This document shows positions 20,634 to 29,635 of a stretch of 64,000 bases of DNA, in pieces. Within the stretch, counting starts at the first letter, position 1. Each line of letters begins with the position of its first letter. Under the pieces are notes generated by a model that had not been told where the DNA came from, searched no databases, and saw only the letters and a program-made list of their open reading frames with translations. The position numbers and the translations under genes were made by a program. This stretch comes from an uncultured Methanosarcinales archaeon (GTDB lineage: Archaea > Nanobdellota > Nanobdellia > Woesearchaeales > GW2011-AR9): NCBI GenBank assembly GCA_964498285.1, contig CAZCGN010000001.1, positions 100,150-164,149 on the forward strand. The letters run 5' to 3'.

Positions 20634-22810
20634 AAACAACATTAAATATTCAAGGAATGCATTGTGCGAGTTGTAGTACTATCATAACACGCACACTCAA
20701 AAAAGTTGAGGGTGTTAAAGAAGCTACCGTTAATTCTTCTACCGAGAAGGCCGACATTGAGTTCGATACTAAAAAAGTTGATGAAGCTACACTTATCAAC
20801 GCTATCAAAAGTAAAGGATATGGTGCCTACCCCAGTAAAGGTGTGAGCTATAAAGATCAAAAGAAGAAAAAAGAACAAGAGTTACGAAAACTCAAACAAA
20901 AAGTTATCATAAGTTCCATTCTCGCATTCCCAGCACTAATCCTTGGAATGTTTTTTATGAAGAATCCAATTCCGTTCCAAAATTACATCTTATGGATTCT
21001 TGCAACACCAATTCAATTCTACATCGGTGCAACATTCTATAAAGGAGCCTGGGGGGCGCTCAAAAATAAAACTGCAAATATGGATACCCTTATTGCCCTG
21101 GGTACGAGTGCAGCGTATTTTTATTCAGTATATATTGTGCTCTTCACGCACGAAATGCATCAATATTTTGAAACATCTGCTGTTCTGATTACATTAGTCC
21201 TCCTTGGAAAATACTTAGAAGCTGTTGCAAAAGGGAAAACAAGCCAAGCCATTTCAAAACTGATGAAGATTGGTGCAAAAACTGCAATTGTTATTCGAAA
21301 AGGTAAAGAGATCAAAGTAAAAATTGATGACGTGATTAAAGGAGATCTAATCTTAGTAAAACCTGGCGCGAAAATTCCGGTTGATGGAGTAATTGTTAAG
21401 GGCCACTCAACCATAAATGAGAGTATGGTAACTGGTGAGAGTATTCCAGTTGAGAAAAAGAAGGGAGATAATGTTATTGGCTCAACCATCAATAAACTAG
21501 GAAGCTTTACAATGAAAGCTACAAAGGTTGGCTCTGAAACCACCCTTGCACGTATCATTAAACTCATTGAAGAAGCGCAAACTAAAAAAGCGCCAATTCA
21601 AAGGTTTGCAGACACCATCTCCTCATTTTTTGTGCCAATAGTAATACTTATTGCGCTTACAACTTTAATGGTGTGGTTTTCTTTAGTGCATGCTGATTTT
21701 AGTTTTGCATTGCTTGCAGCGGTTGCTGTCCTTGTGATTGCATGCCCATGCGCTTTAGGCTTAGCTACACCAACAGCAATTATGGTAGGAACCGGTCTTG
21801 GGGCGCAACGCGGCATCCTAATTAAAGGAGGGGACGCTCTTGAAACAGCACATAAGCTTAAATTTGTTCTATTTGACAAGACTGGAACTATCACTAAAGG
21901 TGAACCTGAAGTTACCGATATTATAACAGCATCTGGTGTGAAAGAACAGAATGTGCTTTCCATTGCTGCAAGTATTGAAGCAGCTTCAGAACACCCCTTG
22001 GCTGAAGCAATTGTGAACCACGGAAAAGAAAAGAGGGCCAAGATACGAAAGGTGCGCGGATTTAAAGCAATTGCAGGGCACGGCGTTAAAGCAAAAATCG
22101 GAACAGAGCAGTATTTTATTGGAAGTCCAAAATTAATGGTCAAGCAAAAAATCTCGCTTAAAGCTATTCACAAAGAGATTGCTCGACTTGAAAATGAAGC
22201 AAAAACCGCTATGGTTGTTGCAACATCCAGAAAAGTTATGGGCATTATCGCTGTTGCTGATGAGATTAAACCAGATTCACCAAAAGCAATTGAGCAGCTT
22301 AAAAGAATGGACATTATTCCTATTATGATTACTGGGGACAATACCCGTACAGCAATCGCCATTGCAAAAAAGGTAGGATTAGAAAAATTCTTTGCAGAAG
22401 TTCTGCCTGAAGATAAAGCAGGCCACGTTAAAAAATTGCAGCGTAAAGGAAAGGTTGCAATGGTTGGAGATGGAATAAATGATGCACCAGCACTCGCGCA
22501 AGCAGACATAGGAATTGCAATGGGTTCAGGAACTGATGTTGCAATGGAGAGTGGAAACATTGTTCTTATGCAAAATAATTTGCTTGATGTACCGAAATCA
22601 ATCCATTTAAGTAGGCTTACTATGGCTAAAATCAAGCAGAACATGTTCTGGGCTCTCTTTTATAACATCTTAGGAATACCGGTTGCTGCAGGCGTGTTCT
22701 ATGTGTGGACCGGTTGGCTCTTAAACCCAATGATTGCAGGGGGGGCCATGGCCTTAAGTTCAGTAAGTGTTGTTACAAACGCGCTTCTGCTTAAAAGAAA
22801 GAGGCTCTGA
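20630..22810 (+). CDS. copA: Cu(I)-translocating P1B-type ATPase
   Basis: GMHCASC HMA domain, TGES, CPCALGLA, DKTGT, SEHP, GDGIND, YN and MALSS. Confidence 0.93.
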   Translation: MKTTLNIQGMHCASCSTIITRTLKKVEGVKEATVNSSTEKADIEFDTKKVDEATLINAIKSKGYGAYPSKGVSYKDQKKKKEQELRKLKQKVIISSILAFPALILGMFFMKNPIPFQNYILWILATPIQFYIGATFYKGAWGALKNKTANMDTLIALGTSAAYFYSVYIVLFTHEMHQYFETSAVLITLVLLGKYLEAVAKGKTSQAISKLMKIGAKTAIVIRKGKEIKVKIDDVIKGDLILVKPGAKIPVDGVIVKGHSTINESMVTGESIPVEKKKGDNVIGSTINKLGSFTMKATKVGSETTLARIIKLIEEAQTKKAPIQRFADTISSFFVPIVILIALTTLMVWFSLVHADFSFALLAAVAVLVIACPCALGLATPTAIMVGTGLGAQRGILIKGGDALETAHKLKFVLFDKTGTITKGEPEVTDIITASGVKEQNVLSIAASIEAASEHPLAEAIVNHGKEKRAKIRKVRGFKAIAGHGVKAKIGTEQYFIGSPKLMVKQKISLKAIHKEIARLENEAKTAMVVATSRKVMGIIAVADEIKPDSPKAIEQLKRMDIIPIMITGDNTRTAIAIAKKVGLEKFFAEVLPEDKAGHVKKLQRKGKVAMVGDGINDAPALAQADIGIAMGSGTDVAMESGNIVLMQNNLLDVPKSIHLSRLTMAKIKQNMFWALFYNILGIPVAAGVFYVWTGWLLNPMIAGGAMALSSVSVVTNALLLKRKRL

Positions 22811-22886
22811 AACTAGTTTCACGCAAGTTTATTAAGGTGTTTCATGCAAAACAAGAAACAAAACGTCGGTGAGGGTGACTAAAATC

Positions 22887-24275
22887 ATGAAAATAATCAA
22901 AGTAAAAGTTCAAGGAATGACTTGTGCTAGTTGTGAAGTTCTTCTTGAACGTGGAATGAAAAAAGTAGAAGGAGTACAGAACGTTCAAGTAAGTCGCTCT
23001 AAAGAAAAAGCAACAATTCATTGTGCAGAACATATTCAATTAGAAGATCTTCAAGCAGCTGTAGCAGATAAGGGCTACAGACTTATGCCATTTGATACTA
23101 TTGAAACACCAGTACGGCCCCCTTTCATTGTAAAAAACAAAAAGCGGTATAAAGAAATTGGCTCAGCACTCGCAGTCCTGATTGGAGCATACTTCCTCTT
23201 AAAAACATTTAACTTAATTCCTGAAGGTATTGGAATTACTGACAATATGAGTTATGGGTTTGTGTTTGTCATTGGTTTAGTTGCGGCAACATCAACCTGC
23301 CTTGCTGTTGCAGGAGGTCTGCTTTTAGCCATTGCAAATAAATATAGTGAAGCTAATCCAAATCTTACTGGACGGGAAAAATTCAAACCACATATCTGGT
23401 TTAATATTGGAAGAGTTGCTTCATACACCCTTCTTGGTGCTGCAATTGGCGCGTTAGGTGCGGTTCTTACACTTTCCTCAAAGGTTTCTGGTGCGATTAC
23501 CATTGCTGCAAGTGTACTTATGATTCTTATGGGCCTACAGTTGTTACAAATCTTTCCATGGCTCAACAAAGTGCAGCTTAAAATGCCGAAGTTCATTGCG
23601 CATAGAATCTATGAAGCTTCAGACGTTGAAGAAAACTCAGCAGGCGGTTTTTCAGAAACCAGTAAAACAACATCTTTTTTGTTCGGAGCTTCTACCTTCT
23701 TTTTACCTTGTGGCTTTACCCAAGCCCTCCAACTATATGTTCTTGGAGCAGGCAGTGCCATGGTAGGAGGGCTTACAATGCTTGCATTTTCTTTAGGAAC
23801 ACTACCTGCATTAGTTGGTATTGGCGCGTTCTCGTCACTTGCAAAAGGAAAAATGAAACACAGATTTATGACATTTTCAGCAATTCTCGTTATTGTATTG
23901 GGGATTTTTAACCTTCCTGCAGGATTAACTTTAGTTGGAGCTAATGTTGTTCTTGGAGGTGGAGTTGATGTTGTAGCACCTGCAGAAATTGAATTGGTTG
24001 ATGGCACACAGATCATTGATTTGGAGGTGCGAGGCCTTGATTATTATCCCTCTTCATTTGTTCTTAAAAAAGGTGTTCCTGTTCAATGGAACATTGATGG
24101 AACTAAAGCAGTTGGGTGCGCGCAGCTGTTTAGTGTTCCAGATTTAGGGATAAACGAACGCCTTTCTCGTAGTGAAATAAAGACTCTTACATTTACCCCA
24201 CAAAAGACAGGAAAAATCTTGTTTAGTTGTTCTATGGGAATGGCAGGCCCAGGAGTTTTGGAGGTAGTCGCATGA
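22887..24275 (+). CDS. HMA + DsbD_2/TauE-like TM domain + cupredoxin fusion protein
   Basis: GMTCASC; STCL..GG and LPCGF in the TM region; C-terminal GC...FSCSMGM cupredoxin motif. Confidence 0.8.
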   Translation: MKIIKVKVQGMTCASCEVLLERGMKKVEGVQNVQVSRSKEKATIHCAEHIQLEDLQAAVADKGYRLMPFDTIETPVRPPFIVKNKKRYKEIGSALAVLIGAYFLLKTFNLIPEGIGITDNMSYGFVFVIGLVAATSTCLAVAGGLLLAIANKYSEANPNLTGREKFKPHIWFNIGRVASYTLLGAAIGALGAVLTLSSKVSGAITIAASVLMILMGLQLLQIFPWLNKVQLKMPKFIAHRIYEASDVEENSAGGFSETSKTTSFLFGASTFFLPCGFTQALQLYVLGAGSAMVGGLTMLAFSLGTLPALVGIGAFSSLAKGKMKHRFMTFSAILVIVLGIFNLPAGLTLVGANVVLGGGVDVVAPAEIELVDGTQIIDLEVRGLDYYPSSFVLKKGVPVQWNIDGTKAVGCAQLFSVPDLGINERLSRSEIKTLTFTPQKTGKILFSCSMGMAGPGVLEVVA

Positions 24276-24478
24276 AAACAGTATTGAAAGTGAGCGGGTT
24301 TCATTGTCCATCATGCAAGATGCTTATTGAAGATGTGTGCTCAGATTTTAGCCAGATCACATTATGCAACGTTGATGTAAAAGCAGGAAAAGTTGTAATT
24401 GAACATAAGGAGAGTTTAGATCTTGCAAAATTGAAAAATGAGATTGAAAGTCTTGGTGAGTACAAGGTGAAACTATGA
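24272..24478 (+). CDS. CopZ-like HMA copper chaperone
   Basis: MKTVLKVSGFHCPSC; ATGA overlap with the preceding gene. Confidence 0.8.
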   Translation: MKTVLKVSGFHCPSCKMLIEDVCSDFSQITLCNVDVKAGKVVIEHKESLDLAKLKNEIESLGEYKVKL

Positions 24479-24624
24479 TGTACGGATACCCCATGATGGG
24501 TCCATACGGTTTTTTGTGGATGAGTCTTTTTTGGCTTATAAACATAGCACTTGCAGCATTTATCTTTGGAATCATTTTTTGGTGGACGAGAAATCTAGTC
24601 GGAAATAATAAAAAGAGGAGATGA
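24475..24624 (+). CDS. 49-aa Met/Gly-rich single-TM microprotein (not in ORF track)
   Basis: Hand translation MMYGYPMMGPYGFLWMSLFWLINIALAAFIFGIIFWWTRNLVGNNKKRR; ATGA overlap with copZ-like gene; GGTGA SD. Confidence 0.7.
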   Translation: MMYGYPMMGPYGFLWMSLFWLINIALAAFIFGIIFWWTRNLVGNNKKRR

Positions 24625-24637
24625 GTTCTGCTTAACT

Positions 24638-25126
24638 ATGTTTGATCAAAAAAGAATAGGTTGGGGGCTTGCTTTGCTAGGTATTGTCTTATTGCTTCTC
24701 CTTGTTGTCATAAAAACACAAGTTGATGAACAATCTGCGTTTTTGTGTCAAGTAGTAAGTGAAGACCCAACTCTTTCCATGGATAGTTGTCCTGCGCATC
24801 AAAACAATACTTCATGGGTAATTTTGTTGGGATTTGCACTTTCATTTTTAGTGCTCGTAAGTGGCCTATTTGTTGCCCTTTCAAGCAAAAAAAATGAAGA
24901 AAAAAAGAAAGAGCAAAAAGAAATCAATTTGGATGACCTTGACTCTGAAGAAAAAAGAATAATCTTGCTACTTAAAGAAAAGCAAGGTTCAGCATATCAA
25001 AGTGAGCTCATTAAGGAAACAGAATTTTCTAAAGTAAAAATGACTCGACTTTTAGATAAGCTTGAAGGCAGAGGTCTTGTACACCGTAAAAGGCGTGGAA
25101 TGACAAATATCGTTCTTTTAAAGTGA
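24638..25126 (+). CDS. Membrane-anchored winged-HTH regulator
   Basis: Two TMs with CxxxxxxxxxxxxxCPAH loop; C-terminal YQSEL...SKVKMTRLLDKLE...RKRRGMTN wHTH. Confidence 0.75.
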   Translation: MFDQKRIGWGLALLGIVLLLLLVVIKTQVDEQSAFLCQVVSEDPTLSMDSCPAHQNNTSWVILLGFALSFLVLVSGLFVALSSKKNEEKKKEQKEINLDDLDSEEKRIILLLKEKQGSAYQSELIKETEFSKVKMTRLLDKLEGRGLVHRKRRGMTNIVLLK

Positions 25127-25744
25127 TTTTATCCCAATTATCATTTCATGATAGGTACTTAGCTCTTGTGGTGCACCTATAAATTCTAACTTTTGTGCTC
25201 TAAACCCACTATCACTAATGATAATTCCACCTGTAGCTAAATTGTTAACAATTTCTGTTTCATAAAAAGGTGATTGATCTTTCATTATACGAAAGGCTTT
25301 CTCGAAGTAGATGTCATAGTTTGTGAACTCATGCATACTTGTAAAAATGTCTTGTTCAAAGAATGTGACTTCCACAAGAATCTCTTTCCAATAAAACTTA
25401 ATGGTATTTTTTTCTCTTGAAAAAGAAATACCAACCTCGTGGAGCTGAGTTTCAATAATTTGTTGAACAGAAGATGTATCTACAAAAAGAAATGTCCAGT
25501 TTTGAGTAGATGAAAATAGCTTCTCAATATAATGCAAGGGCGTAAAAATATCTGTACCACTCCCAGGATACAGCAAAATGGCTTCTTTTTTAGTGAAAGA
25601 CACCGTAAGCGAGTTGAGTAATGCTAAACGATCAAACTCATCTGCAAAAAAATATGTGCGTAGCTTTTGAATATCTATTGTTTGATCTTTACTAAGTCCC
25701 TTTGGCTCAACTTCTTGTGAAGTGAATACGATAAAATCAGACAT
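25118..25744 (-). CDS. Hypothetical SAM-dependent methyltransferase-like protein
   Basis: LLYPGSGTD motif I-like, FVD, GGIIISD. Confidence 0.5.
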   Translation of the reverse strand: MSDFIVFTSQEVEPKGLSKDQTIDIQKLRTYFFADEFDRLALLNSLTVSFTKKEAILLYPGSGTDIFTPLHYIEKLFSSTQNWTFLFVDTSSVQQIIETQLHEVGISFSREKNTIKFYWKEILVEVTFFEQDIFTSMHEFTNYDIYFEKAFRIMKDQSPFYETEIVNNLATGGIIISDSGFRAQKLEFIGAPQELSTYHEMIIGIKSL

Positions 25745-25776
25745 GCATTACCTGAGAAGAAAATTTAATTTAAAGA

Positions 25777-26511
25777 TTATGGTGCACCAGAAGAGCTTGC
25801 CCATATTGTACTAAAATAAGCCCTATACCGCTCGGCATTTTCTTTTGAAGTAATCACAAAAGCAGATGGTTTTTTACCCCATACGACAGTCATAACATTA
25901 TGACCATAGATAAATATCCCTGTAGGTAACTTAAGTCTAGTATATCTTGTGTTCAATCCAGCCTCTTTATAGTTTTTTGCAAATATCTTTTTTAGTTTCT
26001 TTGGCGCAACGAGTCTAGCTTTAATTCTTCTTTCTCTTCTTTTTGCATGAAAATTAAGAAAGAAGAATCTTAGCTCTTCTGTACCTAACTCTTCACCCAA
26101 AGTAAAAACATCATATTTCCCCCCTACTGGAACGGTTTTGAGGATTGTCCCGATAGCTGTTTTAAAACCTTTAACTCCCTCATATACCGTTGCCTTTTGC
26201 ACATTCTCTGCAGTTGTCTGCTTTGCTTTAAGCTCCGGAATAACTTCACTAATTCTTCTTTTTCTCTCGTCAAGAAATTCAAGTAACATCTCTGGATCTG
26301 ATGCTTGAAAATGTTTTACATTAGAGATTATGATATAACTTGCCAGGCCCTTGTTAATGAGTTTTTCTAACACCTCATAGATTTTACAATTAGGAATCCC
26401 TGACTTTTTAACAATTGGGCCCGTTGAACTAGATCCTAACTCCAATAAAGTTATGTATACTTTTATTTCTCTTTGAGTAAGTCCAGCATCCAAAAGCAAT
26501 TGAGTGTCCAC
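25777..26511 (-). CDS. TrmB-family transcriptional regulator
   Basis: GLTQREIKVYITLLELG...IYEVLEKLINKGLAS wHTH; VYEGVKG; C-terminal YFSTIW. Confidence 0.88.
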   Translation of the reverse strand: MDTQLLLDAGLTQREIKVYITLLELGSSSTGPIVKKSGIPNCKIYEVLEKLINKGLASYIIISNVKHFQASDPEMLLEFLDERKRRISEVIPELKAKQTTAENVQKATVYEGVKGFKTAIGTILKTVPVGGKYDVFTLGEELGTEELRFFFLNFHAKRRERRIKARLVAPKKLKKIFAKNYKEAGLNTRYTRLKLPTGIFIYGHNVMTVVWGKKPSAFVITSKENAERYRAYFSTIWASSSGAP

Positions 26512-26549
26512 GAATATTCCAAAAATCGGTCAGTTATTAAGCTTTTCTG

Positions 26550-26571
26550 TTACTACCCCCAAAGGTGGTAA
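26550..26571. promoter_or_regulatory. Inverted repeat TTACTACC-N6-GGTGGTAA, candidate TrmB operator
   Basis: 7/8 inverted match in the divergent trmB/methyltransferase intergenic region. Confidence 0.4.
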
Positions 26572-26607
26572 ATTTAACTTTTGTACTCAGTGCCAAAAAC
26601 AACATTT

Positions 26608-27300
26608 ATGTCTCTAAGCTCTTGGCAAAGATCGTTAGTAGAAAGGCAACTAGATGAACACAAACATCAAAGATATACTACAGATATCAAGCTAACTGAA
26701 GGACATTTGTTGGAAGATTTTATTGTTTGTCCAAATGTCTTACGCCCAAAAAAGGTTACATCCCTCCATCTCGCCAGATGGCTGTATTTTAATAATGGAC
26801 TTTACTCTAATAAACTGGTGTATGATATTGGTTCAGGTTCTGGTCTGCAAGCAATTGTTATGGCAAAGTACGGAGCTATGCATGTTGTTTGCACCGATAT
26901 TAGTTTAGATGCTGTAACAAACACTCAAGAGAATATAGATCATTTCGAAGTTCGTGCAAGCGTTCTTCAGGGAGATTTATTTGCAAGTCTTGAATTTCCC
27001 GCTAACCTTATTGTGTTCAATCATCCTTTTTTCCCAGGTGATCCAATACCTGAAATTCCCGTATCGCGAGCAATGTTAGATAATGGAAGATTGATAAACC
27101 GTTTTCTTGAAGAAGCAAAAAATTACATCAGACCAGAAGGTAGCATTATCATGCCATATTACGAGCTTGCAGGACATACAAACCACCCTTACCTCTCTGG
27201 CCAGGAACATGGATATCGTGTTGAACAGAAATTTTTTATGCAGTCAATCTCTGGCTTTCATAGAGGGGAGATATCAGTTTATCAGCTCTCACTTCCTTAA
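26608..27300 (+). CDS. HemK/PrmC-like SAM-dependent methyltransferase
   Basis: DIGSGSG, TDIS, GDLF, NHPF (NPPF-like); start uncertain (TTG 26581 or ATG 26608). Confidence 0.75.
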   Translation: MSLSSWQRSLVERQLDEHKHQRYTTDIKLTEGHLLEDFIVCPNVLRPKKVTSLHLARWLYFNNGLYSNKLVYDIGSGSGLQAIVMAKYGAMHVVCTDISLDAVTNTQENIDHFEVRASVLQGDLFASLEFPANLIVFNHPFFPGDPIPEIPVSRAMLDNGRLINRFLEEAKNYIRPEGSIIMPYYELAGHTNHPYLSGQEHGYRVEQKFFMQSISGFHRGEISVYQLSLP

Positions 27301-27307
27301 GGAAGAA

Positions 27308-27607
27308 CTATGACAACAAATCATCCGTCGTTATCTCGCTCTGCATCAAATATTGCTTTTTTCCACAATATGGGCATGCTAAACGTTTGGATTTAAACTT
27401 AAATTTGCAGGAGCTACAAAAAAGATCTACTTTCTCATTAAGCTGGATTGGTTCTTGATTTCTAGGCGGTGAAAGCGTCTTTCGCTTAAAACAGTTAAAA
27501 CACTCATACCGAGGGTTCTTATCAAACGCAGAAAGAACTCGTGCTTCAGCTTTTAGGACCGTCTCATAACACACAGAACAGTTTACTCTTTGTGGGATTA
27601 CAGCCAT
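27308..27607 (-). CDS. Double zinc-ribbon protein
   Basis: CSVC, CFNC, CSSC-KFKFK, CPYC. Confidence 0.75.
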   Translation of the reverse strand: MAVIPQRVNCSVCYETVLKAEARVLSAFDKNPRYECFNCFKRKTLSPPRNQEPIQLNEKVDLFCSSCKFKFKSKRLACPYCGKKQYLMQSEITTDDLLS

Positions 27608-27712
27608 TGGTTTTTAGAAAGCCCGCGAATTTAAAAATCTATGTTACCCCTTGAATTCGATAAAGGATACAGGGGCTTATATTTATAAAGTCAAAGTCTC
27701 TTTACTCAAATC

Positions 27713-28999
27713 ATGCCAACCAAACTTGAAAAGGATGTACTTGCAAAAATCACACCTAAACAAAGCGAGAAAGATACGCTTACTAAGGCAACTCACAAAT
27801 GTATTAGGAGTCTTACAAAAGAGCTTCGTACGCACCCGATTTCTATTGCTGTTGGTGGGTCTCTAGCTAAAGATACTAACCTTACAGGAAACAATGAAGT
27901 GGACCTATTTGTAGCTTTTGACTATTCTAGTAATCTTGCTAAAGCTGCTAAAATCTCAGAGTATCTGAAAAAAGCAGTTCACGCTTCATTTGGTAAAGAG
28001 AACTACGAAACACTGCATGGAAGTAGAGATTATTATCAGGTAAAAATCAAAGGAATTCTTTTTGAGATGATTCCAATCATTAAGATTGAAGAAGCAAAAA
28101 AAGCACTCAACATAACAGATATCTCTCCACTTCATGCTAAGTGGATTAATGAACATGCCCAAATTATTAAGGATGACATCCGGCTTACAAAACAGTTCGC
28201 AAAATCTGCCAAAACATATGGGGCAGAATCATACTTAGCAGGATTTTCAGGATACATGCTTGAAATTTTAGTAACACACTATGGTTCATTTGAAGATTTA
28301 CTGAAAGCTGCAGCTAAATGGAAAAAGCAAGTAGTAGTTGATGCTCAAAAATTCTATACAAAACGAGAAGTGTTCTACAATATTAACAAATCAAAGCTAC
28401 AATCGCCTATCATCATGGTTGATCCCGTAGATAAGCGCAGGAACGCTGCAGCTGCCTTAGGTGAAGAAAAGTTCAAACTGTTTAGTAAAGCTGCACGAGC
28501 ATATTTGAAAAGACCTTCGGCCTCATTTTTTGAAATTGAGAAAATCGACCTAAAAACATTAGCAAAAAAAGCTAAAGCAAAAAAGTGCTCATTAGTAAGT
28601 TTACAAATCGAACCTCTTGAAGGTAAACGTGATGTTATTGGTGCAAAACTCCTTAAAGTCTTTAGCTATCTTCGCACAAAGTTAGAGGGATATGGGATTG
28701 CACAAGCTGATTGGGAATGGGAGCAAGGCGAAGATGCTACTATGTTCTTTACGCTTAAGAAAAAAATAAGACCACTTACTATGATCAAGCAAGGACCACC
28801 TGTGAAACTACAGGATCATGCTACACAGTTTCGTAAAAGAAACAAAGTTGTTGTAGAAAAAGGTGGCAAACTTTATGCCAAAGTTACAACGCTTCGACCA
28901 GAGCTTGAAGATTTCCTTCAACATATTCTTGAAACTACATATCTCAAAGAGAAGATTGCAGAACTTACCTCTTGCACAGTTATCCTCTCGAAAAACTAA
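27713..28999 (+). CDS. cca: Archaeal (class I) CCA-adding enzyme
   Basis: GGSLAKDT...EVDLF nucleotidyltransferase motif, DISPLH, YGAES..GFSGY, DPVD..RNAAAA. Confidence 0.92.
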   Translation: MPTKLEKDVLAKITPKQSEKDTLTKATHKCIRSLTKELRTHPISIAVGGSLAKDTNLTGNNEVDLFVAFDYSSNLAKAAKISEYLKKAVHASFGKENYETLHGSRDYYQVKIKGILFEMIPIIKIEEAKKALNITDISPLHAKWINEHAQIIKDDIRLTKQFAKSAKTYGAESYLAGFSGYMLEILVTHYGSFEDLLKAAAKWKKQVVVDAQKFYTKREVFYNINKSKLQSPIIMVDPVDKRRNAAAALGEEKFKLFSKAARAYLKRPSASFFEIEKIDLKTLAKKAKAKKCSLVSLQIEPLEGKRDVIGAKLLKVFSYLRTKLEGYGIAQADWEWEQGEDATMFFTLKKKIRPLTMIKQGPPVKLQDHATQFRKRNKVVVEKGGKLYAKVTTLRPELEDFLQHILETTYLKEKIAELTSCTVILSKN

Positions 29000-29033
29000 A
29001 ACTATAAAAAGAAGCAAACGATTTTTCTTATCT

Positions 29034-29432
29034 ATGAGTTCTCAAGTAACAGCAGCATGCCGTAAGTGCAATAATAAAGCGCCGGCAGAATCTTTTCAGC
29101 TGGATTATACTGCAGGAATGATGGTCTGTTTTAGTTGTTTTAAAAAACGGGGTAAAAAACCTACCGTTAAAGAAGCTCCAAAACCAGTTGAGAAAAAGAA
29201 ACCTGCTGGGTGGGACAGTGAAGATGAATTACTTGAACGACTTATTAAAGACAAAAGACGTTCTCAATCACCAGTTGGTAAAGTTGAGAGAGTTCCAGGT
29301 GAGATGTATGTTAAGTACACATGTAACAAATGTGCCTTCAAATTCAAATATTACCCGCTCCACAAAAAACCTAGAACGTGCCCCTATTGCAATTCACCTA
29401 ACCCAAAAATTCGAGTAACTGGGATTCTCTAA
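29034..29432 (+). CDS. Double zinc-ribbon protein
   Basis: Start at MSSQV (29034); CRKC, CFSC, CNKC-AFKFK, CPYC. Confidence 0.75.
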   Translation: MSSQVTAACRKCNNKAPAESFQLDYTAGMMVCFSCFKKRGKKPTVKEAPKPVEKKKPAGWDSEDELLERLIKDKRRSQSPVGKVERVPGEMYVKYTCNKCAFKFKYYPLHKKPRTCPYCNSPNPKIRVTGIL

Positions 29433-29548
29433 GTTGTCGTGGCTTCATCTTTCTGTTTGCGTAAGAATCTATCGTATACAAACAGTCCTGCCATAGCTAC
29501 AGCGTAAATAAGAATCACTAATTGAATAACTAGTCCTGCTGAAGCCAT
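29429..29548 (-). CDS. 39-aa single-TM microprotein (not in ORF track)
   Basis: Hand translation MASAGLVIQLVILIYAVAMAGLFVYDRFLRKQKDEATTT; TTTAAATA box about 25 nt upstream. Confidence 0.55.
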   Translation of the reverse strand: MASAGLVIQLVILIYAVAMAGLFVYDRFLRKQKDEATTT

Positions 29549-29635
29549 TTAGAAAAGAAGGTAATTATGGTATTTAAAGTTTGTTGTGGTTAGTAATCAG
29601 TTCCGAAAAAACAAGCATAAACCAAAAACCCAGCA

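Noticed and set aside
28863..29033. N-terminal extension of the zinc-ribbon ORF overlapping cca (likewise the extensions of pgk, ArsR, adk and FKBP in the ORF track)
   Set aside because: Downstream ATGs sit about 25-30 nt from TATA-like boxes and match the expected family lengths
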